Both the position numbers and the translations under genes were made by a program. Of a stretch of 64,000 nucleotides of DNA, positions 26,716 to 38,809 are shown in pieces; within the stretch, counting starts at the first letter, position 1; each line of letters starts with the position of its first letter. The stretch is from NCBI GenBank assembly GCA_026770705.1, contig JANJGN010000001.1, positions 208,568,001 through 208,632,000 of the forward strand. The letters run 5' to 3'. A model generated the notes under the pieces. It ran no database searches. It was not told the DNA's origin and was given only the letters and a program-made list of their open reading frames with translations. The DNA comes from Isurus oxyrinchus (taxonomy: Eukaryota).

Positions 26716-27461
26716 CTGGTGGCGATGAGCGCTTTGGTGGTGGCTGCCTTTTAAAGATGATGGCCGGCGTGACGGCAAGTGGGCAAATGAGAGCCCGCCT
26801 GCCACGGAAACAGCATGTTTTGTGAGAGTGAATATATAATGAGGCAGGCTCGGGAAGATTCGGTGTGAAAACCCGCCACTTTCAGGGGCTGGTAGGACCC
26901 CATTTCGCCCACGCATTAGCACTTAGTGCAATTCTGGGAAAATTCAGCCCCTTGTGTTGGCCATTGAAAGTTCTCAGCTCAGGAACAGTCAGGCTGGAAA
27001 AAATTCGTAAAGCAGAGATTTTGTTACAATACTCGAACGTAGCTTTCTTCAGGACGCTCTGAAGGGAGCTTAGGTGGAGATTTATTTTTGCAGACACACA
27101 ATTATGTACAGTTTTAAGATAAATAATCCAGTAAAATTGGTAGAATACAATAGTGCCATGGAATTGTGGGAACATGCACTAGTACCCAAAATTCCTCATG
27201 AAGGTTTTGCCAACTGTGAGGGTAACATATAGCAGAAGTAAATGATTGTTTGAATGAAAAGAAGTAATAGATAGGACCTGGAGTTTGGATGGGAATTTTG
27301 GGTTAAACAGAATTTAAAAAATGAGAATAATTTGATCATTGTGCTCTTTGAAAGAGCTATCCAATTAATCCCACTCTCTTTCTCATTTTCCATAGCCATA
27401 CATTTTCTTTCCCTTTTCAAATATACATCTGATTTCCTTTTGAAAGTTACGACCAAATCTT

Positions 27462-28255
27462 TTATTTTATTCATTCATGGGATGTGGGCATCACTGGTTA
27501 GGCCAGCATTTATTGCCCATTCCTAGCTGCCCTTGAGGTGGTGGTAGTGAGCTGCCTTTTTGAGTCACTGCAGTCCATGCGGTGTAGTTACATCAACAGT
27601 GCTGTTAGAGAGGGGTTTCCAGGATTTTGTCCCAGTGACAGTGAAAGAATGGCGAGATACTTCCAAGTCAGGATGGTGAGTGACTTGGAGGGGAACTTCC
27701 AAGTGCTGGTGTTCCCATGTATTGGCTTCCCTAGTCCTTCTAGATGGAAGTGGTCATGGGTTTGGAAAGTGTTATCTAAGGAGCCTTGGTGAATACCTGC
27801 AGTGCATCTTTAGATGGTACACATTGTTGCCACCATGTGTCATTGGTGGAGGGAGTGAAGTGTTTATGGAAGGGAAGCCAATCAAGCGGGCTGCTTTGTC
27901 CTGGGTGGTGTTGAGTTTCTTGAGTGGTGGCGCTGCACTCATCCAAGCAAGTGGAGAGTATTCCATCACACTCTTGGTTTGTGCCTTGTAGATGGTGGGC
28001 AGTCATTGGGGAGTCGGGGGTGAGTTACTCGACACAGGATTCCTAGCCTCTGATCTGCTCTATTAGCCACATGGTTGGTCCAGTTCAGCTTCTGGTCAAT
28101 GGTAACCCCCAGGATGTTGATAGTGGAGGATTAAGCGATGGTAATGCCATTGAATGTCAAGAGGCGATGGTTAGGTTCTCTCTTGTTTGAGATCGTCATT
28201 GCCTGGCACTCGTGTGGCTTGAATGTTACTTGCCACTTGTCAGCCCAAGCCTGGA
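27462..28255 (-). mobile_element. CR1-group LINE 3' fragment (MEYSPLAW family)
   Basis: MMEYSPLAWMSAAPPLKKLNTTQDKAARLIG; (GAAT)n-like tail. Confidence 0.85.
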
Positions 28256-28820
28256 AGTGGTAGAGTGGCATAACTGGGTATTATTAACATATATTGGGAA
28301 TTAATGGATGATGTCACTTAGAGCAATAGGGATCGGCAATAAATGCTGGCCTGGCCAGCGACGCCCACACTGCATGAATGAATAAAAAAAAATGCAGAAT
28401 GTAAATGAGTCAAAAAGTGCATCTCTGGAAGTGACCCCATAGTACTGGAAGAAGAATCATTTCTGGAGTTGTGTTGGCTGCACTGAGACAGGTGGGAGTG
28501 AAGCCATGCCAGGACAACACTATGCAGGAGCAACAATAGAGAACAGTGCGCTCAATTATGTCAAATGTCAGAAATTAAAGGGTATAGGCAGTAGTGACTT
28601 TTACCAGGACCATCTTGGTAGTGTGGGGAAAGTGGAAACCAAACTGAAGAGATTCAAATGGATTTCAGTGAAAGAGGTGTGAACGTACTGGGGAACTTTC
28701 TGCCTGTAAAATCTTAAGCTCCTTCTAGATTCAAAAACCTTTTAGCATAATCCAATAACTTATAACAAATTATTTTAAATTTCTGTAACAAATTCATATG
28801 GTCAGCAGTAAATTTCTTAC

Positions 28821-28909
28821 CTGAGCCATCAGGTACAGTTAGGTCAACACCATGGGTGAGCATCGCCCCCAAACATTCCACATGTCCCTTTGTGGCTGCC
28901 AGGTGAAAA
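28821..28909 (-). CDS. RAI14: RAI14 coding exon; 89 nt
   Basis: tccag|...|gtaag. Phase 2 in, phase 1 out. FHLAATKGHVECLGAMLTHGVDLTVPDGS(G), an ankyrin repeat in frame with the flanking exons. Confidence 0.92.
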
Positions 28910-29569
28910 CTGGAGGAAAAACACATTAAGTTTAAATAGTTATGATTGAGTTAGATGATGAAAGATTTCATCATTTCAGCATTTTTTACATTTACTTTTG
29001 AAGAATTTCTAGCACCCAAGGCATACAAAGTTCTGAAGACCAAGTTTAATCATAAGTTTAATATCTTAAATGATTAGATTCTTTTCTCTACAAACACAGC
29101 GAAAGGGAAGGAAAACATGGCTTGAATGATAGGTGAAGACTTGGTGATGGCTTTTCTCAAGTATAGATACAAAAAATAGTTTAATCTTTTCCTTTTAAAA
29201 CCATTGTGAATGGTTACTAATGATAGTTTGGCCATTTTTTTCACTGGTTTAAAATCCCAGTTTTGGCTGTTTTTACATCTTCTCTCCCCCAGCCACCCAT
29301 ACCCACCACTGTAGCCTCACTGTTGCTTCAAAGGGGGAAGGTATTTTAATCTTGCTTTTGTTCAAACTTCAAAATAAAACAAATTTTTTTCCTGGAATTT
29401 TTATTTCAGTTGTTGAACTGCTCATAGCTCTCCTTTGGAGTTGCTGAATGAATCCTCTGTTTTTACCGCTTCATTCTGCAATCTCCGTTCCCTGAACATG
29501 CAGAAATAAACTCTTCCCCTCTGTCACTTACAACTGAACCTTTAAACTTCCAACTGTTTAGCCTTTGAC

Positions 29570-29960
29570 CCTCCATTTGCTTCATCCCTCTACAACTGTC
29601 GATTGCTCCCTCCACCTTTGATGCTCTTGATCCCAGTAAACCCCTTACTTTCTCCTACCCTGATCACTGCCCTGGTTTGGCTCTTCTCTTCACTACTTTA
29701 AGTCCAATGGTGCAGACTTGAATGTAACAAGCATAGAACTGATTTAGACATCCTTACCGGGTCAGGTTGGTTGTCACTGAGCACATTCAGCCCTGCTCCC
29801 CTCTGCCAAAACCGCATCCTGAGATTCAAATATAACATGTGGCTCCTTCTCGCAAGGCAAACTGTCTCTTTAAACCCTTCTCCCCAACCTCATCAACAAG
29901 CACGAGATCACTGACTTATTTGTCACCATGACTAAGACCATCCATTCAGCTTCCTCCAAT
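29570..29960 (+). mobile_element. Old L2 LINE internal fragment
   Basis: Pyrimidine-rich L2-like tract (ctccacctttgatgctcttg...aagaccatccattcagct). Confidence 0.5.
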
Positions 29961-30344
29961 CTTTCCACCTTCCCCTAAACCCACCAATTTGAAATTCAAA
30001 TTTGTATACAATTATATTGATTATACAATACTAAAGTAATTCAGCATGTTCAGATCATGCCAGCATTTATTCTCCACTCAAGCCTCTACCCATCCTTCCT
30101 CATCTAACTCAATCATAACAATTTATTCTCGTCTCCTTCATATTCTTACAACTTCCCCCAAATACTATTCACCGCAACCGTTTCCTGTGTCAGTGAGTAT
30201 CCACATTCTCACCACTCCCTGGTTAAAGAAATTTCTTCTGAGTTCCCTATTTGAATTCTTGGAGACTATTTTACATTGATGGCCTCTAATTTTACTCTAC
30301 CCTACAAGTGGAAATAGTCTGTGTCTATGCCATCAAAATAAGAC

Positions 30345-31800
30345 TGTAAGATCATAAGAAATAGGAGCAAGAGTAGGCCATTCAGCCCTTTGAGCCTGCT
30401 CTACCATTCAGCAAGATCATGGCTGGTATGATTGCGGCCTCAACTCCACTTTCCTGTTTGCCCCTCATAACTCGGACTGTCTTGTGGATCAAAAATCTGT
30501 TTAACTCAGCCTTGAATGTACTCAGTGTCCCAGCCTCCACTGCTCAGTGGAGAAGAGAATTGCAAAACACAAATGACCCTCAAAAAAGAAATCTTCTCAA
30601 CTCTGTCTCAAGTGGGAGGGCCCTTATTTTTAAACTGTGCCCCTTAGTACTAGACTCCCCGACGAGGATAAACATCCTCTCAGCATCTAGCCTGTCAAGC
30701 CCCCTCAGGACCTTATACATTTCAATAAGATCAGCTCTCATTCTTCTAAACTCCAAAGAGCATAGGCCCAAACTGCTCAACCTTTCCTCATAAGAGAGCC
30801 CCTTTATACCAGGAATCAGCCTACAGAACCTTCTCTGAATTGCTTCCAAGGCAGGTATATCGCTTCTTAAGGAGACCAAATCTATATACAACGCTCTATG
30901 TGTGGTCTCCCCAGTGCCCTATACAGTTGTGGCAAGACTTCGCTATTTTTATGCTCCATTTCCCCTTGCAATAAATGTTAACATTCCATTTGCCTTCACA
31001 ATTACTTGCTGTACCTGCACGCTAACTTATGTGATTCGTATACAGGGGCACCTGGGTCCCTCCGTACTGCAGCAAGCTGCAATCTCTCAAATAATATTCT
31101 GTATTTCTATTCTTCCTGTCAGAGTGGACAACCTCATGTTTTCCCATCAGCTAAATTTTTGTCCACTCACTTAACCTCTCTATATCCTTTGCAGACTCTT
31201 TGTATCTCCTCACAATTTGCTTTCCGATCTATCTTTGTATCATCAGCAAATGTGGCTTCAATGCAATCGGTCTCTACATCCATGTCAATCATATAGATCA
31301 TGGGCAGGATTTTCCCCTTGGCAGGGGTGCTCTCCGGGGGAGGTCGGGAAGCCGACTGCCACCCACGATTGGCTCCGCACCGCGATTTCACACGGTCCAG
31401 CCAATTAAGGCCCGCCCAGCAGCAACATGAGTGGCAGCTCTAAGTGCTGCCTGTTTGTGGATGAGATTTCCTAAAAAATGTAAAGGTCACTTGACCTTTT
31501 CGCCTGCCCACCAACCGTGCCATTGGACGGGCAGCGTAAATTTGAATTTATTTAGATTGTTAATGGCCTTAATAGGTCTTTTAATTATCGGTGGGCGTGC
31601 AGCTGCCAAACGAAACATCACGCGTCATTTTACGCTCAGGGATGTCGGGCACGGGCCCGCACGCTGAGCATAATATTCTGCTCCATGAATAGTTGAGGCC
31701 CCAGCTATCCCAACTCCATTCCCTGTTCATTAGCCAATCCACTTTAATATATCACCCCCAACACCATGATCTCTTACCTTGTCACCTTTTATGTGGCACT
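30345..31800 (-). mobile_element. CR1 LINE 3' portion interrupted by a MITE
   Basis: ALEAIQRRFCRLIPGIKGLSYEERLSSLGLCSLEFRRMRADLIEMYK; RT motif TFADDTKI. Confidence 0.9.
31302..31683 (+). mobile_element. Harbinger-type MITE
   Basis: TIRs gggcaggatttt / aatattctgctc; TSD CAT. The host CR1 rejoins as atatagat-cat-gaatagttg (compare 46272). Confidence 0.82.
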
Positions 31801-32144
31801 TCATCAAAAAAAGTTTCAAAATCTTAAAGACTGTTTTTTTTGGTCATCCCCAAGGCCCAGCCTGCTCACCCTTTGCTGTTAGGAGAGAGTGCAAGATTAT
31901 ACCTACCTCATTTAACCATGAGACTACCTGATCTTTGGACCCACTACCACTAAACTGCTGACCACACATATTTCCTTCTGATTGCCATGCTAGCTTACAT
32001 CATACATGGTTCTCTTTCCTCAGGTGATGTCTCCCTCTTTCAAAATCACTTTTATTAACCCCCTGCTCAAAATTCCACCCTTGACCCTTCCTTCCTCACC
32101 AACCACTGCCACACTACCATCTCCCTTTCCTCTCCAAAGTCTTT

Positions 32145-32271
32145 AGCCGGGATTTTCCTGTCCTGCCATGGCTGGACCCACTGCGGGGGATGCAGTGGAC
32201 TAGCCAAAGGTCCATTGACTTTCAACAGGACTGGATGATTCAGTAGAGGGCGGGGCTGGGAAATCCCACCC
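32145..32271 (+). mobile_element. 127-bp Harbinger-type MITE within an L2 fragment (about 31960-32470)
   Basis: Ends agccgggattttcc / gggaaatcccaccc; TSD TTT. The host reads ctctccaaagtc-ttt-gaatgcg. Confidence 0.7.
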
Positions 32272-33333
32272 TTTGAATGCGTTTTTACTTCCCAAATCTG
32301 TGCCATCCTTCCTGCAAATCCACGTTTGAAACTTTCCAATCAGTTCTCTGTCACCTGGTATTACCATGATGCATTGTCCCTCCTTGTGCTTCTCTATCCT
32401 CCTGCAGCCTTTGACACAGTCAACCAACCTGAACTCCACCAATCCCAACAGCTTTCGAAAAACTTCTAATAGCCTATTCCCCACTCTAGCCCTTTCTATA
32501 TTTCCATTTTCTTCTGATTAGCATTTACATTCCTTCTTTTTAAAGCGCTTTACACTTTTGCTGCATAAGGGGCACCACAGAAATTCAGTAAGTTGCAATA
32601 GGATAGTTTCCAGAGTTTGCCCGCTGCAAAGTGATATCAGCCAGTTTCAGTCCCTAATATTTACAATGAAGCCTGCCCAGTACCCTCATTGAATATGAAT
32701 AAATATGAAACAGATCCACTTGAGGCTATCCTATCTGTAAAATTGGATAGCCCTTTTATAAAGGCACATTATCACTCCATTTTCTCTCCCTTTAAGGTTT
32801 ACAATCTGGAAAGGTGGCAGTTATCAGGACCTCATCAAAATATGTAAAATATTCTCTGCCACTGGCACTGCACCACACAGTATGTTCTTTTTAAGCTTCA
32901 AAATATTCAATTGCATAGCATCCAGAAAAGGAATTCTGTAAATGATAAAATGAAGAAATGTTCGAAAGATCTTAGGTGTAATTTTTGCATATTTCGAATA
33001 TACCAGGAATATATGACATCAACCCAGCCTTTTAATGCAAAAGATCTTATGGTATCTTCAAAAGGCTCAATATTAAATCCAACAGTGAATTTTAAAAAAG
33101 AAAACTTAGCGATCAATAAATTAAGGGAAACATTTACAAGCTACTACTGAGAATATAAATTTTATGTCTTACTAGCTCTGGCCTCCGTATGTATGAATAC
33201 TCAAGATTCTAACAAGAGTATTGCCTTTTAAAACAAGACACTATTCTATTAAAGTACTGAGGTAAGCTACACTGTCCAATGCTGATCTGGTCAAACCAAC
33301 ATTAAGAATAGATTATCTGATTATTATCACATT

Positions 33334-36212
33334 GCCCAGGATTTTCAGTGCCCGCTGGTGTCAGGCATCTTCGGTGGCATGAGTGGACAATATGGCACGG
33401 TCGCTTTCATGATGGCATGAAACCAGTTTGCAATCGTCCGCTCAGCCCACTGATGGCAGGCCACGTTCTCCACCATCGGACGTCGGGAACCTTATTGTAA
33501 TATATCAGCATATCATTATAAGGCCAGCCTGCCGGAATTATCCCCACTCCGCTGGATCGTCCGCCCACGGCGGTGGGAAAACACGCCGGTGAAGAACAAG
33601 TCTTGACAAGTGTGACCTGCAGAAGTTGGGACTTACCCGCCAGGGCTTTGCTCACATTGCAGACATCCGAGGGGCAGACGATGCTGGAGCCTGACACCAG
33701 TGGCACACTGGAGGAATGTCCATGGCATGCTGGGTGGATTCTCATGGACATGGCTCTGCTGTGAGGCAGTGTGCGGAAGTTGGAAAGTCACCATTGATGC
33801 TCACAACGGATGATGATGGAGGGAGTGGGAGAGGAAGGGTTAGGATCAGCTGGGAGAGGAAGAGGTGTCAGGGGGATGAGGTTGGAGGGGGAATGAAGGT
33901 GTCATAGTGGGGTGAGTTTGGGAGGGGGGAATGAAGGTGTCGGGGGAAGGTTGGGGGATGAGGGAGAATGGGGGAGGAAGGTGTAATGAGGGAGAAGGAG
34001 ACAACTGGGACGGTAGGTGTAATGGGCGGGGCGTGGAAGGTGCAAGGGATGGAGTGCAGAGAGGGGAGGATGTCCAGGGGGAGGAAAAGGTGCGGAGAGG
34101 GGAGGGTATCCAGGGGAAAGAAGGGGTGCTGAGAGGGGAGGGAGTAAGTGTGGAGGAAGGAGTAGGAGTGGAGGAAGGAGTAGGAGTGGAGGAAGGAGCC
34201 AGGAAGGGGGTAGGGGTAAAGCCGAAGGAATAAGTGAGGCTGCAGGAAGAGGTAAGGCTGGAGGAAGGAGTTGTGGGGAGGGGGACTAAGGGTGGCGGAA
34301 GAGATAAGGGTGGAAGGAGTCAGGAAGGGGGAAGGACTAAGCAGGGTTTGATGGGATGGGATGCAGAGGCAGAGATGTGTAGGTGAATGTGCACAGGAGG
34401 GGTCAGATAGGTCCATGTCTGCCTCCTGGAGAGCGAACTGGGAGTGGGTGTGGAATGGAGGAAGGATGAGAATGACCAAGGGCACAGTGAGGCGGTAGGG
34501 TGAGAGGGTGGGGGTTCGACGGTAGTGATAGAAGAGACAGCGAGGGTGGTTGGTGGGGACTCGGAGGCAGACACTGACACTGGGGGTGGGAAGGAGACGG
34601 TCAGCGAGATGAATGTAGATGGGGGTGGGATTTTCGGGAAGGAAGGGAACGTGCATGTTCACCTGGACATCCCTGAAGGAAAAGGGTTGGAGCTGGTAGG
34701 TAACGGAGGGGAGGTGGAATGTGATGCCAGTGGGGAGGTGTGGGGCAACTGTGATGGGGTAAAGGAAATGGGTGACTGGGGAAGGGTAAAGGACAGGGAA
34801 GCAAAAGTAAACCCGAATTAGCACCATGCTGTCCAAATCGAAAGTGAAACAAGAGTCGTGATAGGTGAAGTCAGGTGCTGCATGGGAATGTGATCAGTGG
34901 GTGGGCGGAGGTGCAGATCAGCTTAGATGGACAACTGAAAGAGAACCCCAGCAGGCAGCATTCAAAATGCTCAGGACATTGAGATAAGTGTGAAATGTGA
35001 AGGATCTGCTTGCGTGGGGGAGTACTTGCAAGAGGCTCCGAAAGGCCCTACCACACATGCACTTTTCCTTCCAGAATCGCTTGTGGGCCTGCTGCTCCCT
35101 CTATGATGAGTCTTTTGGGCTGCCTATTTCCACCTCTTCAATGGAGGAGCTTCCTCTTGGCTGCAGATGAGGGCATGGATGGAGCTGACTAGTTGAGGGT
35201 GTCGGTCCCTTGGCAGAGCTCCCTGTGAACCAAAGTAGAGATAAGTAGTGCATAACAGCAGAGTCAGAGAGAGCACTCTCAGTTGCATTGAGGGAAGGAT
35301 GATGTGGTACAGGATCCCCAGGTGGGTGTTCACCACCGACCTTACCATTGCCGCAGGCAGGGTCCACATCCTCACCAATCAGCATGATGGCACGCTCCTC
35401 AAAGTGAGTGAGGGGCCAAATGTGGGCACTCCACCCCGTCTGGGACCTCTCCCTGCTGGCGCAAGCCAGCTTCTCCTGCATGGAAGCAGATGGAGTGTGA
35501 GAGCAGGACACATGGCACTGCATGGAATGTTTGTATGGTGAGCGGCACCATGGACAGGAAGGAGGATGAGGGCTCCAGAGGATATGAGTCTGATGGAGGT
35601 GTGAGGGTCTGAGAGACAGTTAGTGGTGTTGTCCCTTGAGGTGTGAGATCCCTGTGGATGTGTGATGGGTTTGTGAGTGTAAGTGTTAATAGCGATGAGA
35701 AGAGTGAGTTACCCTAGCGGAACGAATGAGACCATTCATCCTGTAGTGGCCCTGGGTGGCTGCCCTCTTTTGCAGGGCATTGATGCTGATCGCTGTCTTC
35801 CAAGCCTGGTTGGTCATGCTGCTGCCCATCCTGCAGCCAGAGCGGGGTTAGAGGACATCCCAGCGGACTTCCATGGCATGCAAAAGGCGCTCCAGTGACG
35901 TGTCGCTAAACCTGGGGGCTGCAGTCTTCTTGTCTTTTGACATCTTCCCTGCAGTGGCCTGGAAGCACTGAGATGTGTGCCCGTGGCTGCACTTTAAATA
36001 AGGCTCCTGGTGTGATGAAGCGGCGAGGTGATGGAGGGCGGGCAAATGACAGCCTGTACGCCATGGAAGCAGCCTGTTTCCCAGGAATGCATTAATAATG
36101 TGGCGGGTTTGGAGCAATACGGCGTGAAAATCTGCCATCACGGCCAGTGGGTAAAACGACATTTTACCCACCCACTACCCATACTTAGTGCAAATCTGGG
36201 ACGATTCCGCCC
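33334..36212 (+). mobile_element. PIF/Harbinger copy 4: no transposase; carries a foreign segment
   Basis: TIRs gcccaggattttc / gggacgattccgccc; TSD ATT. Myb/SANT remnant MSKDKKTAAPRFSDTSLERLLHAMEVRWDVL (ATG at 35943, minus strand). Inserted into a SINE (33230-33333 plus 36213-36660). Confidence 0.9.
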
Positions 36213-36296
36213 ATTGTTATTCGTGGGACATGCTGTGCACAAACTGGCTGCACTATTTCCCACATTACATCAATGACAACACTTCAAAAGTATCTT

Positions 36297-36580
36297 GATA
36301 AAAACAAAAAACTGTGGATGCTGGAAATCCAAAACAAAAACAGAAATACCTGGAAAAACTCAGTAGGTCTGGCAGCATCGGCGGAGAAGAACAAAGTTGA
36401 TGTTTCGAGTCCTCATGACCCTTCAACAGAACCCACCCCCCAAACCAGCTTATATTTCACCCCTCTCCTATTTTTACTCAGTTCTGTTGAAGGGTCATGA
36501 GGACTCGAAACGTCAACTTTGTTCTTCTCCGCCGATGCTGCCAGACCTGCTGAGTTTTTCCAGGTACTTCTGTTTTTGTT
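36297..36580. mobile_element. Short Penelope-derived hairpin element (inverted pLTR arms)
   Basis: Arms at about 36331-36432 and 36481-36582 are reverse complements. TSD ttcaaaagtatctt / ttcaaaagtacctt. Confidence 0.88.
36480..36518 (+). ncRNA. Minimal type-I hammerhead ribozyme-like motif (variant core)
   Basis: AGUU-CUGUUGA-A-GGGUC-augag-GACUC-GAA-ACGU-C-AACU: helix I AGUU/AACU, helix II hairpin, palindromic ACGU helix III, GUC cleavage triplet. Confidence 0.7.
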
Positions 36581-38809
36581 TTCAAAAGTACCTTCTAGGC
36601 TGTAAACCACTTTGGAGCATCCTCAGGTCATGAAAGGTGCTATGTAAATGCAAGCTTTTAACATAATATACTAGAAGGAAAGGAGGGTCAACATAATATA
36701 TTGCAAGAGATTTAGACTTCATAGATGTAACTTCCAAAAAGCATGAACTGAACAAAACACTCACGATTGCAAAATTTAAAGATTTACTACACATTTTAGT
36801 GCAAAGTTTTCAAACAATTCAGACATCAATTTTTCTTCATATAACCAATTTTTTCCATAATTTGGCCCTAAATATTAACATGACCACATTTATGATAAGT
36901 CTTCATAAATAATGTTTACATATTGGTGACATTTGTTTTTACTTTAGTAATTTCTGTAAGCTCCCACAACTTCCACAGAATTGAAAAACTACACCAGTCA
37001 CATATTATTTCACTGGAAACATCTCTATTATCGTAACTGTTTAAATGATAGCATCCATTTTGCTGGTTTACAGAAGCTGTGCACATTGAATCTTCCAAGA
37101 GGCATTATATTACTGGTAGTGGTTTAAAATTGGCACAGGGCTAACTTCACATTCTCTGTTAGATAAAATGTTCTGCAGTTCATCTGAATCCCATATGATT
37201 TTTCAAGTTTGTGGAAATGTTTTTCACCACTTGAGCAACCTAGCCCAATTCCACCCTCCCATTCATGCTTCAGCCCTCCTTTATTCTAAGGAACTATCTA
37301 CCTTGTTTTAAAATTTGTGGACTATTTGAATTTGTCTTTCTAACCACCCTTTGCTAAGAATTATCTTTGCGATTGTCTTAAATGTGTACACTTTCATTAC
37401 CATGTTGCCAGCCTATGTAAACATTTACTATCAATCTTGTTATAATCCTTCATAATCTTGAACACATCTGCCATGCACCTTCATAATTCTAGTGAAAACA
37501 AGCGTCAGCTTCAAGGCTTTCTTCAAAACAGTAACAACCGCCAACCTCCCATTTCCCCAGATCCCTGTCAATATCTTTGCAAATCTACAATGCACCTTTT
37601 AATTTGCTCATATAACGTTTCTATTACAGAGTATCCAAAATCAAATGACCTTAGGGTTAGCCCTAAACGTTCCTCAGCTACACAAGGAAATGATTGTGAT
37701 CCACAGAGTCTGTTTTTAAAACATGTTTTTAAAGAATATGCAGCCCATAGAAGCGATAAAAATCGGCAGACCATACAAGTTATGCTGAATAACCGACAGA
37801 AATACTGGACCAGCACGTTTAGTGATGGAGGTTGTGTTTAACTCGAGTTCTTTACATGTCTTCACCAGGTAGGGCAGGAATGAGATACTTTAGAAGACAT
37901 ACACAGAGACACACACATATTTGCAGGTCCACAGCCAAACAGTTTCTCTCAACTACCAAGACCATTGTGAACTTAGATTCCATGTCTGTAATGGCAGACA
38001 TGGAATCCTAACAGCACTGTGGTGTACCTACACCATATCTCAAGGGCAACTATGGATGGGCAATAAATGCTGGCCCAGCCAGCGAAGCCCACATCTCATG
38101 AATGAATAATAAAATATGTTTGGGGGACTGGACTGAGAGAACTCAAATTCCTCAGTGGCAGTCAACAGTCAATTCCCACACTGACATTCTGCAGGAATGC
38201 CCTGCAGCTGGGACATCGCAGGAGAGAGGACAGAACTGGATATCTCTCAGAGAAACAACACATGTATTTAATTACCAAATTGGCCCATTCAAGAGCTTAA
38301 ATACCAGTTAATGGGCAGAAGCTGGCAGCCATTGCAGAATCAGATGTAGTGCTAGTGATGGTAGATCATGTCATTGAAACTGCCTATGTAAAGATATTAA
38401 AATGGAATTTCTCTATTTAAACAACTGCCTGAGACAGTTTGTTGATTAAACTAAACAAATCATTCAACATGCCTGTTGGAAAGATTTTCGACTAATATTT
38501 CTTTTCCATTAACTTAGATTTATAACTAGCAGGGCTGCAGAACATTTGCGGTCAAATTAGTGTCCTTGTTGCATCAGTATTTCTTTAAATACAGGATTTC
38601 TAGTTCTTCTTTCACCAAAGACTGACAGAATTAAAACTTCTTACTCTAACAAAAGCCATATAAAGCTGTTGCCATCTAAAAATGGACCTAAGAACATAAA
38701 TAAAAATTTTGTCATAAGACTGGCCTTGGGACTTGTCTATAGTAATAGAATGCTAAAGTCTAATTGGCAATTGTTTTCTCCTAAGGTACACACACACATG
38801 TATAATTAA

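Larger units (their letters stand above)
21539..26950 (+). mobile_element. PIF/Harbinger DNA transposon, copy 3 (most complete; two nested insertions)
   Basis: TIRs gggtggaattttc / gaaaattcagccc; TSD CTT (21536-21538, 26951-26953); both genes recognisable. Confidence 0.95.
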
